Below, piece after piece: positions 38,981 through 48,940 of a stretch of 64,000 nt of DNA. The position numbers and the translations under genes were made by a program. Position 1 is the stretch's first letter. Each line of letters begins with the position of its first letter. Origin of the DNA: Clostridia bacterium. GTDB taxonomy: Bacteria > Bacillota > Clostridia > Christensenellales > CAG-138. Location of the stretch: positions 2,440 through 66,439 of the forward strand of contig JAUNBP010000004.1 of NCBI GenBank assembly GCA_030526995.1, given 5' to 3'. The notes under the pieces were generated by a model, which made no database searches, was not told the DNA's origin, and saw nothing but the letters and a program-made list of their open reading frames with translations.

Positions 38981-39733
38981 CTATCCCCTGCTGTTCTTTA
39001 TCCTGTCTGCAACCATGAACATGAACTGGGAGTTGGAGGGCGTTGCCCGCATGGGATCGTAGGTGTTGCCGAAATAGTCCTGCAAGACGTTTATATCCGC
39101 CCTCGACCATGCGCAATCTATGGCGTGGCGCATGGCATGTTCTATGGAGGAGGCGTTTGTCTTGTAGGTCTCGCCCAGATAGTCGTATATGTGCCTGCAG
39201 ACCGATAGCTTTATCGGGGTGGTCAGGGCTGCAATCGTCTTTATACCCTCCCGAAGGAAGCGAAAGCCTATCAGGTACGGCGGGATTCCGAGTTCAATCA
39301 AGCTGCTCGACGCCGCCTTCTCCAATGCCCTCGGAGTCGTCGGGGTGTAGACGTCCTGCTCGCTTTGCAGCGCACACAGCGACCACACCTGCGAGGCGAG
39401 CACGTTGCAGTCTATCGGCTTTATAAAACAATGGGCTATTTCGTCCCTTATATGCGGTATCTGAGGCAGGGACAGCCTGCTTGCAAGCGCAAAGAACAGC
39501 GGCTTGCGTTTGTAGGGTATCCGAGCTGCCACGCTTATCACATCGGTTCCGTCCACCTGTGACAGCTCCAAATCGACAATCAGTATATCGGGGGCGTCCC
39601 TTGATAGCAGCTCAAGCGCAGCAGGGCCTTGGCTTAGATGGGGCAGCCACCTAAGATTGCCCTGACGCTTTACAGCCACCGACAATGCCTCGGCAATCGC
39701 ATAGTCCTCGGTTAAAATTCTAATCGTTTTCAT
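38981..39733 (-). CDS. Spo0A-like response regulator (REC + Spo0A C-terminal DNA-binding domain)
   Basis: The C-terminal domain resembles the Spo0A signature (ELGIPPYLIGFRFLREGI...SSIEHAMRHAIDCAWSRADINVLQDYFG...PSNSQFMFMVADRI). The REC domain has ED, D (IVDLEL) and K (IKPI). The ATG at 39733 follows GGGGAGG. Confidence 0.6.
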   Translation of the reverse strand: MKTIRILTEDYAIAEALSVAVKRQGNLRWLPHLSQGPAALELLSRDAPDILIVDLELSQVDGTDVISVAARIPYKRKPLFFALASRLSLPQIPHIRDEIAHCFIKPIDCNVLASQVWSLCALQSEQDVYTPTTPRALEKAASSSLIELGIPPYLIGFRFLREGIKTIAALTTPIKLSVCRHIYDYLGETYKTNASSIEHAMRHAIDCAWSRADINVLQDYFGNTYDPMRATPSNSQFMFMVADRIKNSRG

Positions 39734-39894
39734 AGTCCTCCCCTTTTCGGGCAAATTTCGCTGTGTTACGATTATAATACAGACAACGCCCTTTATGAAG
39801 GGTGAAAACAGTGCGGATTTTATCGAATTGCTTGAAAAAACTGTGAACAAAGCCCCACCTCTGCCTGCGTTTTGCGGTTTTTTGGGGGCTTGGG

Positions 39895-41019
39895 CTAACC
39901 TTTCCGTCTTTCGTTGTCCCTTTGTGAAAACTGATAGAGGGTGCAGACCTTGCCGCCGTTTGTGAGCTTGCGCCTTCTGTCGGCGCGCCTGCCGTAAACC
40001 CTTTCAAAGTCGTTCATTGCGGTGATTATATTGACCCGCCAAGACTTAAGCGAATCGAAGGTGGTTCGCATGAGTTTGTACAGCCTCTCTACCTCATGGC
40101 GGTTCATCATTCTGTCGCCGTAGGGCGGGTTGCATACTATCACGCCGTTTTCCCACTCGGTTGAAAGCTGCTCTATGGGTCTTACAGCCCAGTTTATCAT
40201 AACTCCCGCCTTTTTAGCATGCTTCTTGCAAAGGTCTATGCTGTGGGCGTCGATGTCGCTGCCCAATATCAAAAGCGGGCGGTGGGTTATGCTGTCCCTC
40301 GCCTCCTCCCTTGCGGGTGCAAAGACGTCCTCGCCTATAAAATGCCACCTTTCTGCGGCAAAGCTGCGATTCAGCCCCGGCGCCTGATTCTTGGCTATCA
40401 TGGCAGCCTCTATGGGCATGGTTCCCGAGCCGCACATTGGGTCGATGAGCGGGGTGTCGGGATAGAAGTTGGAGAGCAGGAGTATTCCTGCGCCGAGGGT
40501 CTCGGACAGCGGTGCTGCAACGTTGTAGGTGCGATAGCCCCTTCTTGCAAGCCCCGCCCCGCAGCAGTCCAAGGCAAGCGTTGCCTCGTCTCTTAGCATC
40601 CCCACCTCGACGATTATCTCCTCGCCGCTCTCGCTCATCGTGTTGATGCGATAAGCTCTTTTGAGGTTTTCGACTATCGCCTTTTTGACTATGCTCTGAC
40701 AGTCCGAGACCGAGAACAGCCCGCTCTTTGCCGATTTTCCGTTGACGTGAATCCTGCTTTGCGGGCGAAGATACTGCTTCCAATCGAGCGCAAGCGTGCC
40801 CTCGAACAGCTCTTCAAAGCTCGAGGCGGTGAAGCTGCCCACCTCCAAAAGCACCCGCTCTGCGCTTCTTAACCAAAGCAGGGCTTTTGCCATCGTATCG
40901 TATCCGCCCAAGAAGTACACCCGCGCGTCCAGCGTCTTTTCGACCTCTATGTTCATCTTTTTAAGCTGGAAGGCTACGGTGGATTCCAAGCCCAGCTTGC
41001 AGGTTACAATAAATCTCAT
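39895..41019 (-). CDS. THUMP-domain class I SAM-dependent RNA methyltransferase (RlmL/YpsC-like)
   Basis: An N-terminal THUMP-like region is followed by DPMCGSGT (motif I) and CNPPYGDR (motif IV). Confidence 0.75.
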   Translation of the reverse strand: MRFIVTCKLGLESTVAFQLKKMNIEVEKTLDARVYFLGGYDTMAKALLWLRSAERVLLEVGSFTASSFEELFEGTLALDWKQYLRPQSRIHVNGKSAKSGLFSVSDCQSIVKKAIVENLKRAYRINTMSESGEEIIVEVGMLRDEATLALDCCGAGLARRGYRTYNVAAPLSETLGAGILLLSNFYPDTPLIDPMCGSGTMPIEAAMIAKNQAPGLNRSFAAERWHFIGEDVFAPAREEARDSITHRPLLILGSDIDAHSIDLCKKHAKKAGVMINWAVRPIEQLSTEWENGVIVCNPPYGDRMMNRHEVERLYKLMRTTFDSLKSWRVNIITAMNDFERVYGRRADRRRKLTNGGKVCTLYQFSQRDNERRKG

Positions 41020-42734
41020 TTTAAGTCCTCAAAGTTTGAATCGTCGAACAGCAAAAATATCTTTGACAAGGCGTTGTTCAGCCGTCTTAGGGTCACGCCG
41101 TACATCTCGCAAATGTCGTCGGGCGTGTGCGGAAGCTGCGTTGCATGGAACGCCATAAGCGAAACCGCCGCCGCAAAGGCCTGCTCCTGATCGTGCGTGA
41201 GGCGGGGGTAATCCCCCTTAAGCTCCTCGACGTAGTACAGGAATATGCGTGCCGCAACGTCTGCTACGGCTCCGCCCAGCCCCTCGGAGGAGATGGTTTC
41301 CAAAATCAGCGCCAAGACGTTGCGATAGGGCACGGGCATATCGCCCGGGAACTCTATCTGACCCATAATCCCGTACTGCCAGACTCCATTGTAGAACATT
41401 CCGTAAGGCTCCTTTGCACCCATCTCCCGCAGGGCAAAAAAGGCGTGCTTTTTCGACTCGTCGCTGCAATCGGTTCTCATGAGAAAGTCCCTGAGGATGG
41501 CCTCCGCTTCCAAGTCCTTGGTGTCCGCTAAAAAGTCTATGGTCTCCGACCTCAAGGTGTCCACGCGGTAGCGCATTATCCAGCGCATGAGCCTTCTTAG
41601 GCGCTCATCCCTTTTCCATATATCGCTCCGCTTTTCGACCCTTTTTTTCAGCGCCTCGCTGACATAGGTCCAGCGTTGCAGGCACTCGGCAACCGGTGTA
41701 GTATAGCTTATCATCCAATCGCCGCTGTCTATCGGCTCTTCGGAGGACGTGAGGGCAAGGTAGTATTCGGCAATCGTGTCGTACTCGTCGATTGCAAGCA
41801 GGCGCCGATAGATTTCCCTCGCCTGCTCCCGCTTGCCCGTCATAAAGCAGCATATCGCCGTGTGATGCAGTATCGTGGTATCGTAGGGCAGGATTACCCT
41901 CTCCTGCTTCAGTATCTGAGCCGCCTTTTCATAGTCCCCAAGCTCCAAATAGGTCAGCGCAAGGTTGTTAAGCTCATCCAGCTCATAGCTCGCCTTTACG
42001 GGGATTCGCTTCATCGTTTCCTTTGCCTGAAGCATCTTGCCCTTTGACTTGTAGACGAGGGCAAGCATACATATGGCCTTGATGTTCTTGCTGTCACGCT
42101 TCAAAATCCTAAACAGCCGCTGCTGCGCCTTGTCGCTCTCGCCCGAGGCAAACTGGGCAAGCGCAATGTTTATCTGAAGCACGAAGGACTCGGGGTACTG
42201 CTTTTCGAGCTTTTGATAGGCCTTGATAATCTCGGGATAGCCCTTTACAATGTCCATCGATTTGATTCGGTGTATGTCCTCGATGAGCTGAATGTCCTCG
42301 CCGTTTTTCAAGCCCATCTGAGCCGAAATCTCCTCATCGTCGTCCAAAAGGTCAAGGTAGTCCTCGGCGTCCTCCGCATATGGACCGTCCGGCTCTCGGC
42401 TTAGATACAGCTCCAAAAGCTGCCTTGCCGCCGAGAAGTTTTCCAGCGCAAGGTGGTTGCTCGCCATGCCGAACAGCACCTCGCTTGAGTCCTGCTCTGA
42501 GTCTATCATCATCAAGACCTTGTTGCTCTCCTCGAACCGCTGCATCTTGTTGAGCTGCTCGGAAAGGGCGATTGCAATCTCGGCATTTTGCGGCTCCTTG
42601 GCGTACGCCCTGCGCATGGATTGGAGCGCACTTATATCATCGTTCTGCTCCAAATACCGCCTGCCCCTGCGAAGGAAGAACGAGGCATCCCGCTCAAAGG
42701 TTAAAATCTTGCCGCTGTTTTCGTTTTCGCTCAT
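41016..42734 (-). CDS. TPR-repeat protein
   Basis: Repeated 34-aa helical TPR-like units occupy the N-terminal half. Its ends overlap the neighbouring genes in the operon. Confidence 0.6.
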   Translation of the reverse strand: MSENENSGKILTFERDASFFLRRGRRYLEQNDDISALQSMRRAYAKEPQNAEIAIALSEQLNKMQRFEESNKVLMMIDSEQDSSEVLFGMASNHLALENFSAARQLLELYLSREPDGPYAEDAEDYLDLLDDDEEISAQMGLKNGEDIQLIEDIHRIKSMDIVKGYPEIIKAYQKLEKQYPESFVLQINIALAQFASGESDKAQQRLFRILKRDSKNIKAICMLALVYKSKGKMLQAKETMKRIPVKASYELDELNNLALTYLELGDYEKAAQILKQERVILPYDTTILHHTAICCFMTGKREQAREIYRRLLAIDEYDTIAEYYLALTSSEEPIDSGDWMISYTTPVAECLQRWTYVSEALKKRVEKRSDIWKRDERLRRLMRWIMRYRVDTLRSETIDFLADTKDLEAEAILRDFLMRTDCSDESKKHAFFALREMGAKEPYGMFYNGVWQYGIMGQIEFPGDMPVPYRNVLALILETISSEGLGGAVADVAARIFLYYVEELKGDYPRLTHDQEQAFAAAVSLMAFHATQLPHTPDDICEMYGVTLRRLNNALSKIFLLFDDSNFEDLK

Positions 42735-43621
42735 TCGTGTCTCGCCTCCGTCAAAAGCTCGGTCAACTGCTCCCTGTCAAAAAAATATTTCTTGTTGCAA
42801 AACTGGCAGGTAAGTTCCGCCTGTCCGTCCTGCTCTATTATATCACATAAATCCTTTTCGCCCACCGAAATCAACGCCTTTTCGAGCCTATCCCTGCTGC
42901 AATCGCAGACAAAGCCCGTGTCCTTTGTTTCGACAATGCGAAAGTTCAAGCCCTCAAATATCGCCTCAAGCGCAGCCTCAATAGGCTCGCCCTCCGCCAA
43001 GCTCGAAGTGAACTCGGCTATCTTGGCTATCCTTTCGCTTACCCTGTCCACCGCCTCGTCGGGGCAGTTCGGCAGGGCGCTTATAAAGAGCCCGCCGCCC
43101 GCAATCACGGTGTTCGTGTCCGCCCTCAGCTGCACACCCAAGTAAACTATCGACGGCTGCTGCTCCGAGGTAAGAAAATATTGGGCAAAGTCCTCGGCAA
43201 TCTCGCCCGAAACCAAGTTGCAGGTTCCCACGTAGGGCTCCTTCATCGAAAGGTCGGATATCACCGTGAGCTTGCCGCCATGCCCAACATAGCCGCCCAC
43301 ATCTATCTTGCCGTCGGGCTTTAGCGGCAGCTCGACCTCGGGGTTGGGCGTGTAGCCCTTGACCGTGCCATCGGGCTTTCCGCTGCAGACCATATTGCCC
43401 GCAAGCCCATCGCCTGCGATTATCGTGGTAAGCCTGCTGTCCTCATCCTTGAGCCTTGCAGCCATCATTGCGGTCATCATGAGCTGCCTGCCCAGCGCCG
43501 CCGTTGCCACCCTTGAAAGTCCGTGCGTCCTTTGTGCCGTCTCTATCATGCCCGCTGCGCTTATTGCACTTATTCTTATAGTGTCATCCAAGCATAATCC
43601 GCTTATAATCCTATCCATCAT
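42731..43621 (-). CDS. hslO: Hsp33 redox-regulated chaperone
   Basis: The C-terminal zinc centre is CDCS...CQFC, on an Hsp33-like core. Confidence 0.85.
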   Translation of the reverse strand: MMDRIISGLCLDDTIRISAISAAGMIETAQRTHGLSRVATAALGRQLMMTAMMAARLKDEDSRLTTIIAGDGLAGNMVCSGKPDGTVKGYTPNPEVELPLKPDGKIDVGGYVGHGGKLTVISDLSMKEPYVGTCNLVSGEIAEDFAQYFLTSEQQPSIVYLGVQLRADTNTVIAGGGLFISALPNCPDEAVDRVSERIAKIAEFTSSLAEGEPIEAALEAIFEGLNFRIVETKDTGFVCDCSRDRLEKALISVGEKDLCDIIEQDGQAELTCQFCNKKYFFDREQLTELLTEARHE

Positions 43622-44355
43622 CTTCTCCTTGCAACGTATTGAATACGCTGACCGTTCTTTTGGGGTTCTTCCCTTGTAAACGCCTCAAAGGACGCCGTAT
43701 GTTCAAAGCCGCATTGTATAAGCAGCTCCTCTATCTCCTCCCTGCGATGCGCACGCTGTAGGTGCTTTTCTCGGAATCTGCGGTACAGCTCGCCCTCCTT
43801 AACAAAGAAGCTGAGCTCCATGAGTATCAGGCGCGAACGGGCGTCGTAACTGTTGGTCCACAGGTAGGCATAGTCCTTTTTGTCCTCTCCTATGAAGCGG
43901 TTTCCAAGCACCTCCGCTAACTTATACTCGGTCGAGCAGTCGAAGAGCAAAAGCCCACCCTCCTTGAGGTTTCGCCATGCCGATTTGAAAAAGGCAGCCA
44001 CCTCGTCAAGGCTTAGAAGGTAGTTCACGCCGTCGCAGGAACAGTTTATAACGTCGACGGGCCTGTGCAGGGAGATGTTTTTCAAATCCTGCCGCACAAA
44101 CGGGATGTTAAGCCCTCGGCTCTTCGCCTTCTTTTGCGCTTCAAAGAGCATTTCGGGCGAGAGGTCGGAGCCCGTAAGCTCATAGCCCCGCTCGCAAAGC
44201 CTTATGGTGAGGCTTCCGCTGCCGCAGGCGCAGTCGAGCAGCCGCTTGCCGCCGCCGTACTGCTCGATGAGGCTTGAAATATAGTCAGCCCAGCCGTCGT
44301 AATCGACGTCATGCATCATTATATCATAGTATTCCGCAAACGCTCCGTATTGCAT
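43618..44355 (-). CDS. Class I SAM-dependent methyltransferase
   Basis: Motif I is LLDCACGSGSLT. Confidence 0.7.
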   Translation of the reverse strand: MQYGAFAEYYDIMMHDVDYDGWADYISSLIEQYGGGKRLLDCACGSGSLTIRLCERGYELTGSDLSPEMLFEAQKKAKSRGLNIPFVRQDLKNISLHRPVDVINCSCDGVNYLLSLDEVAAFFKSAWRNLKEGGLLLFDCSTEYKLAEVLGNRFIGEDKKDYAYLWTNSYDARSRLILMELSFFVKEGELYRRFREKHLQRAHRREEIEELLIQCGFEHTASFEAFTREEPQKNGQRIQYVARRR

Positions 44356-45278
44356 CAGTCCAGCTCCCTTGCTATCTTCATGAGCCTGTCGAGGCGGTGG
44401 TTCATGCCCGATTTTTGTATGCCCGCCATGGTCGCAAGGTCGCCTATCGTTGCCTCGGGGTGGTTTAACCTGAGCTGAGCCGCCTGAATCAACGAGCGGG
44501 GCAGCTTGGATATGTCCGCCCTGTCCATAATCTTCCTTATCGCCTGCATCTGCCTTGCCGACGCTGCAGCCGCCTTGTCCATGTTTGCATTCTCGCAGTT
44601 GGAGGTGCGGTTTAGGTAGTTTCTGACCTCCTTCTCAACCCTGACGCTCTCAAGCTCCATCGCTCCTACGTTTGCGCCTACGCAGGCCAAAAAGCCCATA
44701 ACGTCGTCCCCGTCCTTTAGGTAGACTATAGCTCGATTCTTTCTCTGTGCGGACTTGGCATTGAGCGTAAATTCGTTTATCAGGGCGCAAAGCTCCTCTG
44801 CAAACGCCTCGTTTTTGCAGACCATCTCCAAATGGTAGCTGCGCTTGGGGTTTGTACAGCTCCCGCTGCCCAAAAAGCAGCCCCGCAAAAAGGCTCGCCT
44901 GCATTCGTCGGTTGAAATCAACTTTGTAGGCACGCCCGAACGGAAGTGAAGCCCCTCGCCGTCCTCGGAGATTGCGCCGCTTAGAAGCAACAGCTTTTTT
45001 ATGTCCTCACCATCGAGCGTTAACACCATGAGCGGGGTTCTCCTGTGCTCCCTCTCCTTCATCTCCAAGGCGGAGTCGAGCTTGAAAAGCCCCGAGGCAA
45101 GCGAAAGGATGTGCCTTGCCACCGCCAAGCTCTCGGTTTGGCAGACTATAGCCGCCCCGCCGCCGAGCCGAAGCGAACCGCAGGACAAGACAAGCCCCGA
45201 AAGCTGCGAAAGCCGCACCCTCGAATCCTTCAGCCTTATCCGCAGAAGTTCTTCTTTTACCTTGGAGGAAAAACTCAA
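44355..45278 (-). CDS. whiA: DNA-binding protein WhiA
   Basis: The N-terminus is MSFSSKVKEEL, followed by a LAGLIDADG-like region and a C-terminal HTH. It has the conserved rapZ-whiA neighbourhood. Confidence 0.85.
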   Translation of the reverse strand: MSFSSKVKEELLRIRLKDSRVRLSQLSGLVLSCGSLRLGGGAAIVCQTESLAVARHILSLASGLFKLDSALEMKEREHRRTPLMVLTLDGEDIKKLLLLSGAISEDGEGLHFRSGVPTKLISTDECRRAFLRGCFLGSGSCTNPKRSYHLEMVCKNEAFAEELCALINEFTLNAKSAQRKNRAIVYLKDGDDVMGFLACVGANVGAMELESVRVEKEVRNYLNRTSNCENANMDKAAAASARQMQAIRKIMDRADISKLPRSLIQAAQLRLNHPEATIGDLATMAGIQKSGMNHRLDRLMKIARELD

Positions 45279-45279
45279 A

Positions 45280-46173
45280 TTAAATCTCCTTATTCGCTAT
45301 CCTTGCCTCTATGTCCTCAGCCTCGAAGCGGAGGTCTCGGTGGTATATCCTGACAGCCTGTCCCTTTGCCCTCATCCTGCGGGCAAGGTCCTCCACCGCC
45401 GCAACCGAGCGGTGCCTGCCGCCGGTGCAGCCGAAGCACACCCTCAAAATGTGCTTTTCCTGAGCCTCGTACAGCGGGAGCATCTTTAGGATGTGTCCCT
45501 CGACCACGTCCATAAACTCCACAGCCTCCTTGTGGGAGAACACGAAATCGTGTACCTCCTTGCAAAGCCCCGAAAGCTCCCGCAGCTCCTCGATGTAAAA
45601 CGGGTTCTCTATAAAGCGCATGTCCAGCACTATGTCCGCATCTATGGGCACGCCCCGCTTGTAGCCGAAGCTCGAAATGATGAGCGAAATCTTTGCCTCC
45701 TCCATCTCGGGCAGCAGCTTTGAAATCATGCTCGAAAACTTGCGGGGCAGAATGTCGCTCGTGTCCACGGTGTAGGTGGCTATGTTCCGCATCGCCTGCA
45801 AGAATATCCGCTCGCGGCGAACTCCCGACTCCGCCTCTCCTGCCTCGCCCAAGGGGTGACGGCGGCGGGTCTCGTTGTAACGCTTTCTCAGCACATCGTC
45901 CCTTGCGTCCAAGAACAGCACATCGTACGGGGTGTCGAGCTCTTCTATCGCCGAGATGACGGCGCTCGAGTTTCTCGATAGCAAACTTTCCCTGCTGTCT
46001 ATCGTAACCGCCGCCCGCTTTATCTCGGGCTGGGCGTTTTTACATAGGCTTACAAACTCCTTTAGCATTAGCGAGGGGAGGTTGTCCACGCAGAAAAAGC
46101 CCAGCTCTTCCAACGAATTTAGGGCGAGCGACTTTCCGGCTCCGCTCATGCCGCTGACGATAAGAAGATACAT
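45280..46173 (-). CDS. rapZ: RNase adapter / nucleotide-binding protein RapZ (YvcJ)
   Basis: Walker A is GMSGAGKS and the C-terminal motif is CTGGRHRSV. Confidence 0.85.
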   Translation of the reverse strand: MYLLIVSGMSGAGKSLALNSLEELGFFCVDNLPSLMLKEFVSLCKNAQPEIKRAAVTIDSRESLLSRNSSAVISAIEELDTPYDVLFLDARDDVLRKRYNETRRRHPLGEAGEAESGVRRERIFLQAMRNIATYTVDTSDILPRKFSSMISKLLPEMEEAKISLIISSFGYKRGVPIDADIVLDMRFIENPFYIEELRELSGLCKEVHDFVFSHKEAVEFMDVVEGHILKMLPLYEAQEKHILRVCFGCTGGRHRSVAAVEDLARRMRAKGQAVRIYHRDLRFEAEDIEARIANKEI

Positions 46174-46183
46174 ACTCTCCTCC

Positions 46184-47065
46184 TTAAATATCCTTTACTT
46201 CCCGCTCGAGCAAAACGCCCGTCTTTTCAAACACGGTCTTTTGCACGTAGTCGATAAGTTTATAAACATCGTCTGCACTTGCGTTTTTATCGTTTATGAT
46301 AAAGCCCGCATGTTTGTATGACACCGACGCCCCGCCTATCCTTGCGCCCTTCAAGCCGCAGCGTTCTATCAGCTCGCCCGCAAAATGACCCTCGGGTCGC
46401 TTGAACGTGCTTCCCGCCGACGGGTACTCCAAGGGCTGCTTGCTGCGCCTCTTTTTAAGGCAGTCCTCCATGACCTGACGTGCGGTGCCCTCGTCCTCTT
46501 TCAGCTCGAACACCGCCTCAAAGACTATGCATTCGGGGTAGGCAAACCTGCTTTTCCGATATCCCAAGTCCGTGCTTGAAACCTCGATATCGCAAAATGC
46601 CCCGTCCTTGAATACCCTAACCCTTCTAAGAACGTCCCCAATCTCGCCGCCGTATGCGCCCGCATTCATGGCACAGGCGCCGCCCACCGTCCCCGGGATT
46701 CCGCAGAGCCGCTCAAGCCCCGAAAGGTTGGCCTTGACGCACCGCTTTGTAAGGGAGGTAAGCTGCTCGCCCGCACTCGCCCGAACGAAGGTCCCGTTGA
46801 ACTCCGCCTCAAAATGCGGCTTGTCGAACACCAATACCAAGCCGCTATAGCCCTTATCCCTCGCTAAAACGTTGGTGCCGTTTCCAATCAGGGTGCAGGG
46901 CAGCCCGCTTGCCTTGCAGACGGCAAGCGCAGAAGCGAACCGCTCCTCATCGCTTATTCTAAGAACAAAGGCAGCCTCTCCGCCCACCCTCATGCTCGTA
47001 AGCGATGACAGCGGGACGTTTTGTACGGCTCCGAGCGCCATGAGATCATTCACATAACTATCCAT
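46184..47065 (-). CDS. murB: UDP-N-acetylenolpyruvoylglucosamine reductase
   Basis: It has an FAD-binding PCMH fold and the C-terminal GGASVSYKHAGFIIN motif. Confidence 0.85.
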   Translation of the reverse strand: MDSYVNDLMALGAVQNVPLSSLTSMRVGGEAAFVLRISDEERFASALAVCKASGLPCTLIGNGTNVLARDKGYSGLVLVFDKPHFEAEFNGTFVRASAGEQLTSLTKRCVKANLSGLERLCGIPGTVGGACAMNAGAYGGEIGDVLRRVRVFKDGAFCDIEVSSTDLGYRKSRFAYPECIVFEAVFELKEDEGTARQVMEDCLKKRRSKQPLEYPSAGSTFKRPEGHFAGELIERCGLKGARIGGASVSYKHAGFIINDKNASADDVYKLIDYVQKTVFEKTGVLLEREVKDI

Positions 47066-47086
47066 GTTATCATTATACCAAACTCT

Positions 47087-48073
47087 TCACAAAAGCACAA
47101 CACCGAGTCTTTGAATAAATCTTTCCCCCGCCGCTGCATCGCCGCCTGCGGCAAGTGCGGCATCCGCCCAAAGCGCCTCCTTGTTGGAGTAGTATTCAAA
47201 GGGCTCCACCGTGGTAACGGTCGAATAGGCGGTTTTTAGCTCTACAAGCAGCCTCGAGGAAAACTCCTGCTCAACCCCGCTCTTGGCACAGAACGCCCCT
47301 ATGCTTGAAAGCTCCTGCTGCGCCTTGTCCGAAAGCAGCCACAAAAAGAACTGCTCGCACCAATACGCCTTGTCTGCGCTCGTGCCCTTGGCTATGCCGA
47401 GATAGCAGACCTGCTCGGTGAAATTGTCCACCGCCTCTACGCTCAGATTTACAACCTTCTCGGCTCTTATGCAATCGCCTACGGAGCGCAGGTCCAAAAC
47501 CGCATTTTGATACCTGTTGTCGGAAAAGCCTGCAGCGTCGCTTATGCCGAGCCTGCCGAGGCGGGCTGCGGAAAACTCGGAGGCGCAGAGCGTTTCCCCG
47601 TCCGCCCCCTGCTCGTTTTTGCAGGCGGCGTAGCCCGAATACAGGTAGGGAACCGCCTGCTCAAGCGCACGCAGCCCCTCTACAAAGCCGCCGTAATCCT
47701 GATTGAGAAATTGAAGCTGCTCTCGGTACACGCTGCCCGCAAAGAATGAAAAGGCGTCGGGGGTTCGCCCATACTCCAGCCGCTCCTTATAGTCCTCCTC
47801 GCTCATGCCTATGACCTCGATGAACACGCCCCGATTATTCCGCTCAAACGCCTCCGCCTGCGTTTGAAGATAGTAGGTTACGCTGCCTTGGTAGGTCTTT
47901 GCGCTGACTATGTGATACAGCGTTATCGTGCCCTGCCACTCGGGTTTTTCAATCTGAAGCTGCTCCAAGTAGAAATCGACGCCCACTGCCTCCAAGAGTT
48001 TGGAGGGCGACAAGACCAAAAACAGCAGGATTGAAACGCAAACTATGATTCTGAAAGCACCGATTTTTCTCAT
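47087..48073 (-). CDS. Hypothetical secreted/membrane-anchored protein (solute-binding-like?)
   Basis: The start was trimmed to the ATG at 48073 (MRKIGAFRIIVCVSILLFLVL signal/anchor), because the longer ORF would overlap spoIIAA. Confidence 0.5.
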   Translation of the reverse strand: MRKIGAFRIIVCVSILLFLVLSPSKLLEAVGVDFYLEQLQIEKPEWQGTITLYHIVSAKTYQGSVTYYLQTQAEAFERNNRGVFIEVIGMSEEDYKERLEYGRTPDAFSFFAGSVYREQLQFLNQDYGGFVEGLRALEQAVPYLYSGYAACKNEQGADGETLCASEFSAARLGRLGISDAAGFSDNRYQNAVLDLRSVGDCIRAEKVVNLSVEAVDNFTEQVCYLGIAKGTSADKAYWCEQFFLWLLSDKAQQELSSIGAFCAKSGVEQEFSSRLLVELKTAYSTVTTVEPFEYYSNKEALWADAALAAGGDAAAGERFIQRLGVVLL

Positions 48074-48190
48074 GTTTAAGCCTATGTGACAAAGCCTGTC
48101 CGCATTCGTCAAAGCCCGTCCTTCTTCTTCAAAGGGTTGCGGAATCTGCCGCGGAATATCGTGTAGTGACAACTTTTCGGAGGTCAATTT

Positions 48191-48496
48191 ATGGAATTGA
48201 ATGCTACAAAGCGAGGGCCTCGCCTTACGGTGCAGCTCTTTGGAGAACTCGACCATCACAGTGCGGAGCGCACCCGCATTATGATGGATACCATGCTTCA
48301 CGATGTGTCCGTGCGCGAGCTTATGATAGATATGTCGGGCGTGACCTTTATGGACAGCGCAGGCCTCGGCGTTATCTTAGGCAGGTACCGCACGCTGAAC
48401 CTTCGAGGCGGCAAACTTATCGTTTGCGGCGTGTCCCAATCGATTGACAGAATTTTCAAAATGTCGGGGCTGTACGCCCTGATTGAAAGAGTTTAG
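48191..48496 (+). CDS. spoIIAA: Anti-sigma-F factor antagonist (STAS domain)
   Basis: It is a 101-aa STAS protein with the FMDSAGLGV phospho-Ser region, upstream of spoIIAB-sigF. Confidence 0.85.
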   Translation: MELNATKRGPRLTVQLFGELDHHSAERTRIMMDTMLHDVSVRELMIDMSGVTFMDSAGLGVILGRYRTLNLRGGKLIVCGVSQSIDRIFKMSGLYALIERV

Positions 48497-48505
48497 GGGG
48501 TTGTA

Positions 48506-48940
48506 ATGAACCGTAACGAAATGGAATTAAAGTTTTTAAGCGTATCCCAGAACGAGGGCTTTGCACGTGCCGTGGCAGCCGCCTTTGCCTCGCAGCTCAA
48601 TCCCACCGTTGAGGAGCTGTCCGATATCCGCACCGCCATCTCCGAGGCCGTGACCAATGCGATAATCCACGGCTACGAAAACCGACCCGACGGCTGCATT
48701 ACGATGCGCTGTGAGATAGACGGCAACAAATTTACAGCCACAATCTCGGACAAGGGCTGTGGCATAGCCGATATAAGCCTTGCCCGCAAGCCCTTCTACA
48801 CGACAAGGCCCGAATTGGAACGCTCGGGCATGGGCTTTGCGGTCATGGAGGCTTTTATGGAGGAGGTAGAGGTCTCCTCCACCGTCGGAAGCGGAACCAC
48901 CGTCGTGCTGCAAAAAACGATACGCCGAATCGATGCCTGA
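48506..48940 (+). CDS. spoIIAB: Anti-sigma-F factor (serine kinase)
   Basis: It is a GHKL ATPase with an N-box (EAVTNAIIHG) and a G-box (SGMGF). Confidence 0.85.
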   Translation: MNRNEMELKFLSVSQNEGFARAVAAAFASQLNPTVEELSDIRTAISEAVTNAIIHGYENRPDGCITMRCEIDGNKFTATISDKGCGIADISLARKPFYTTRPELERSGMGFAVMEAFMEEVEVSSTVGSGTTVVLQKTIRRIDA

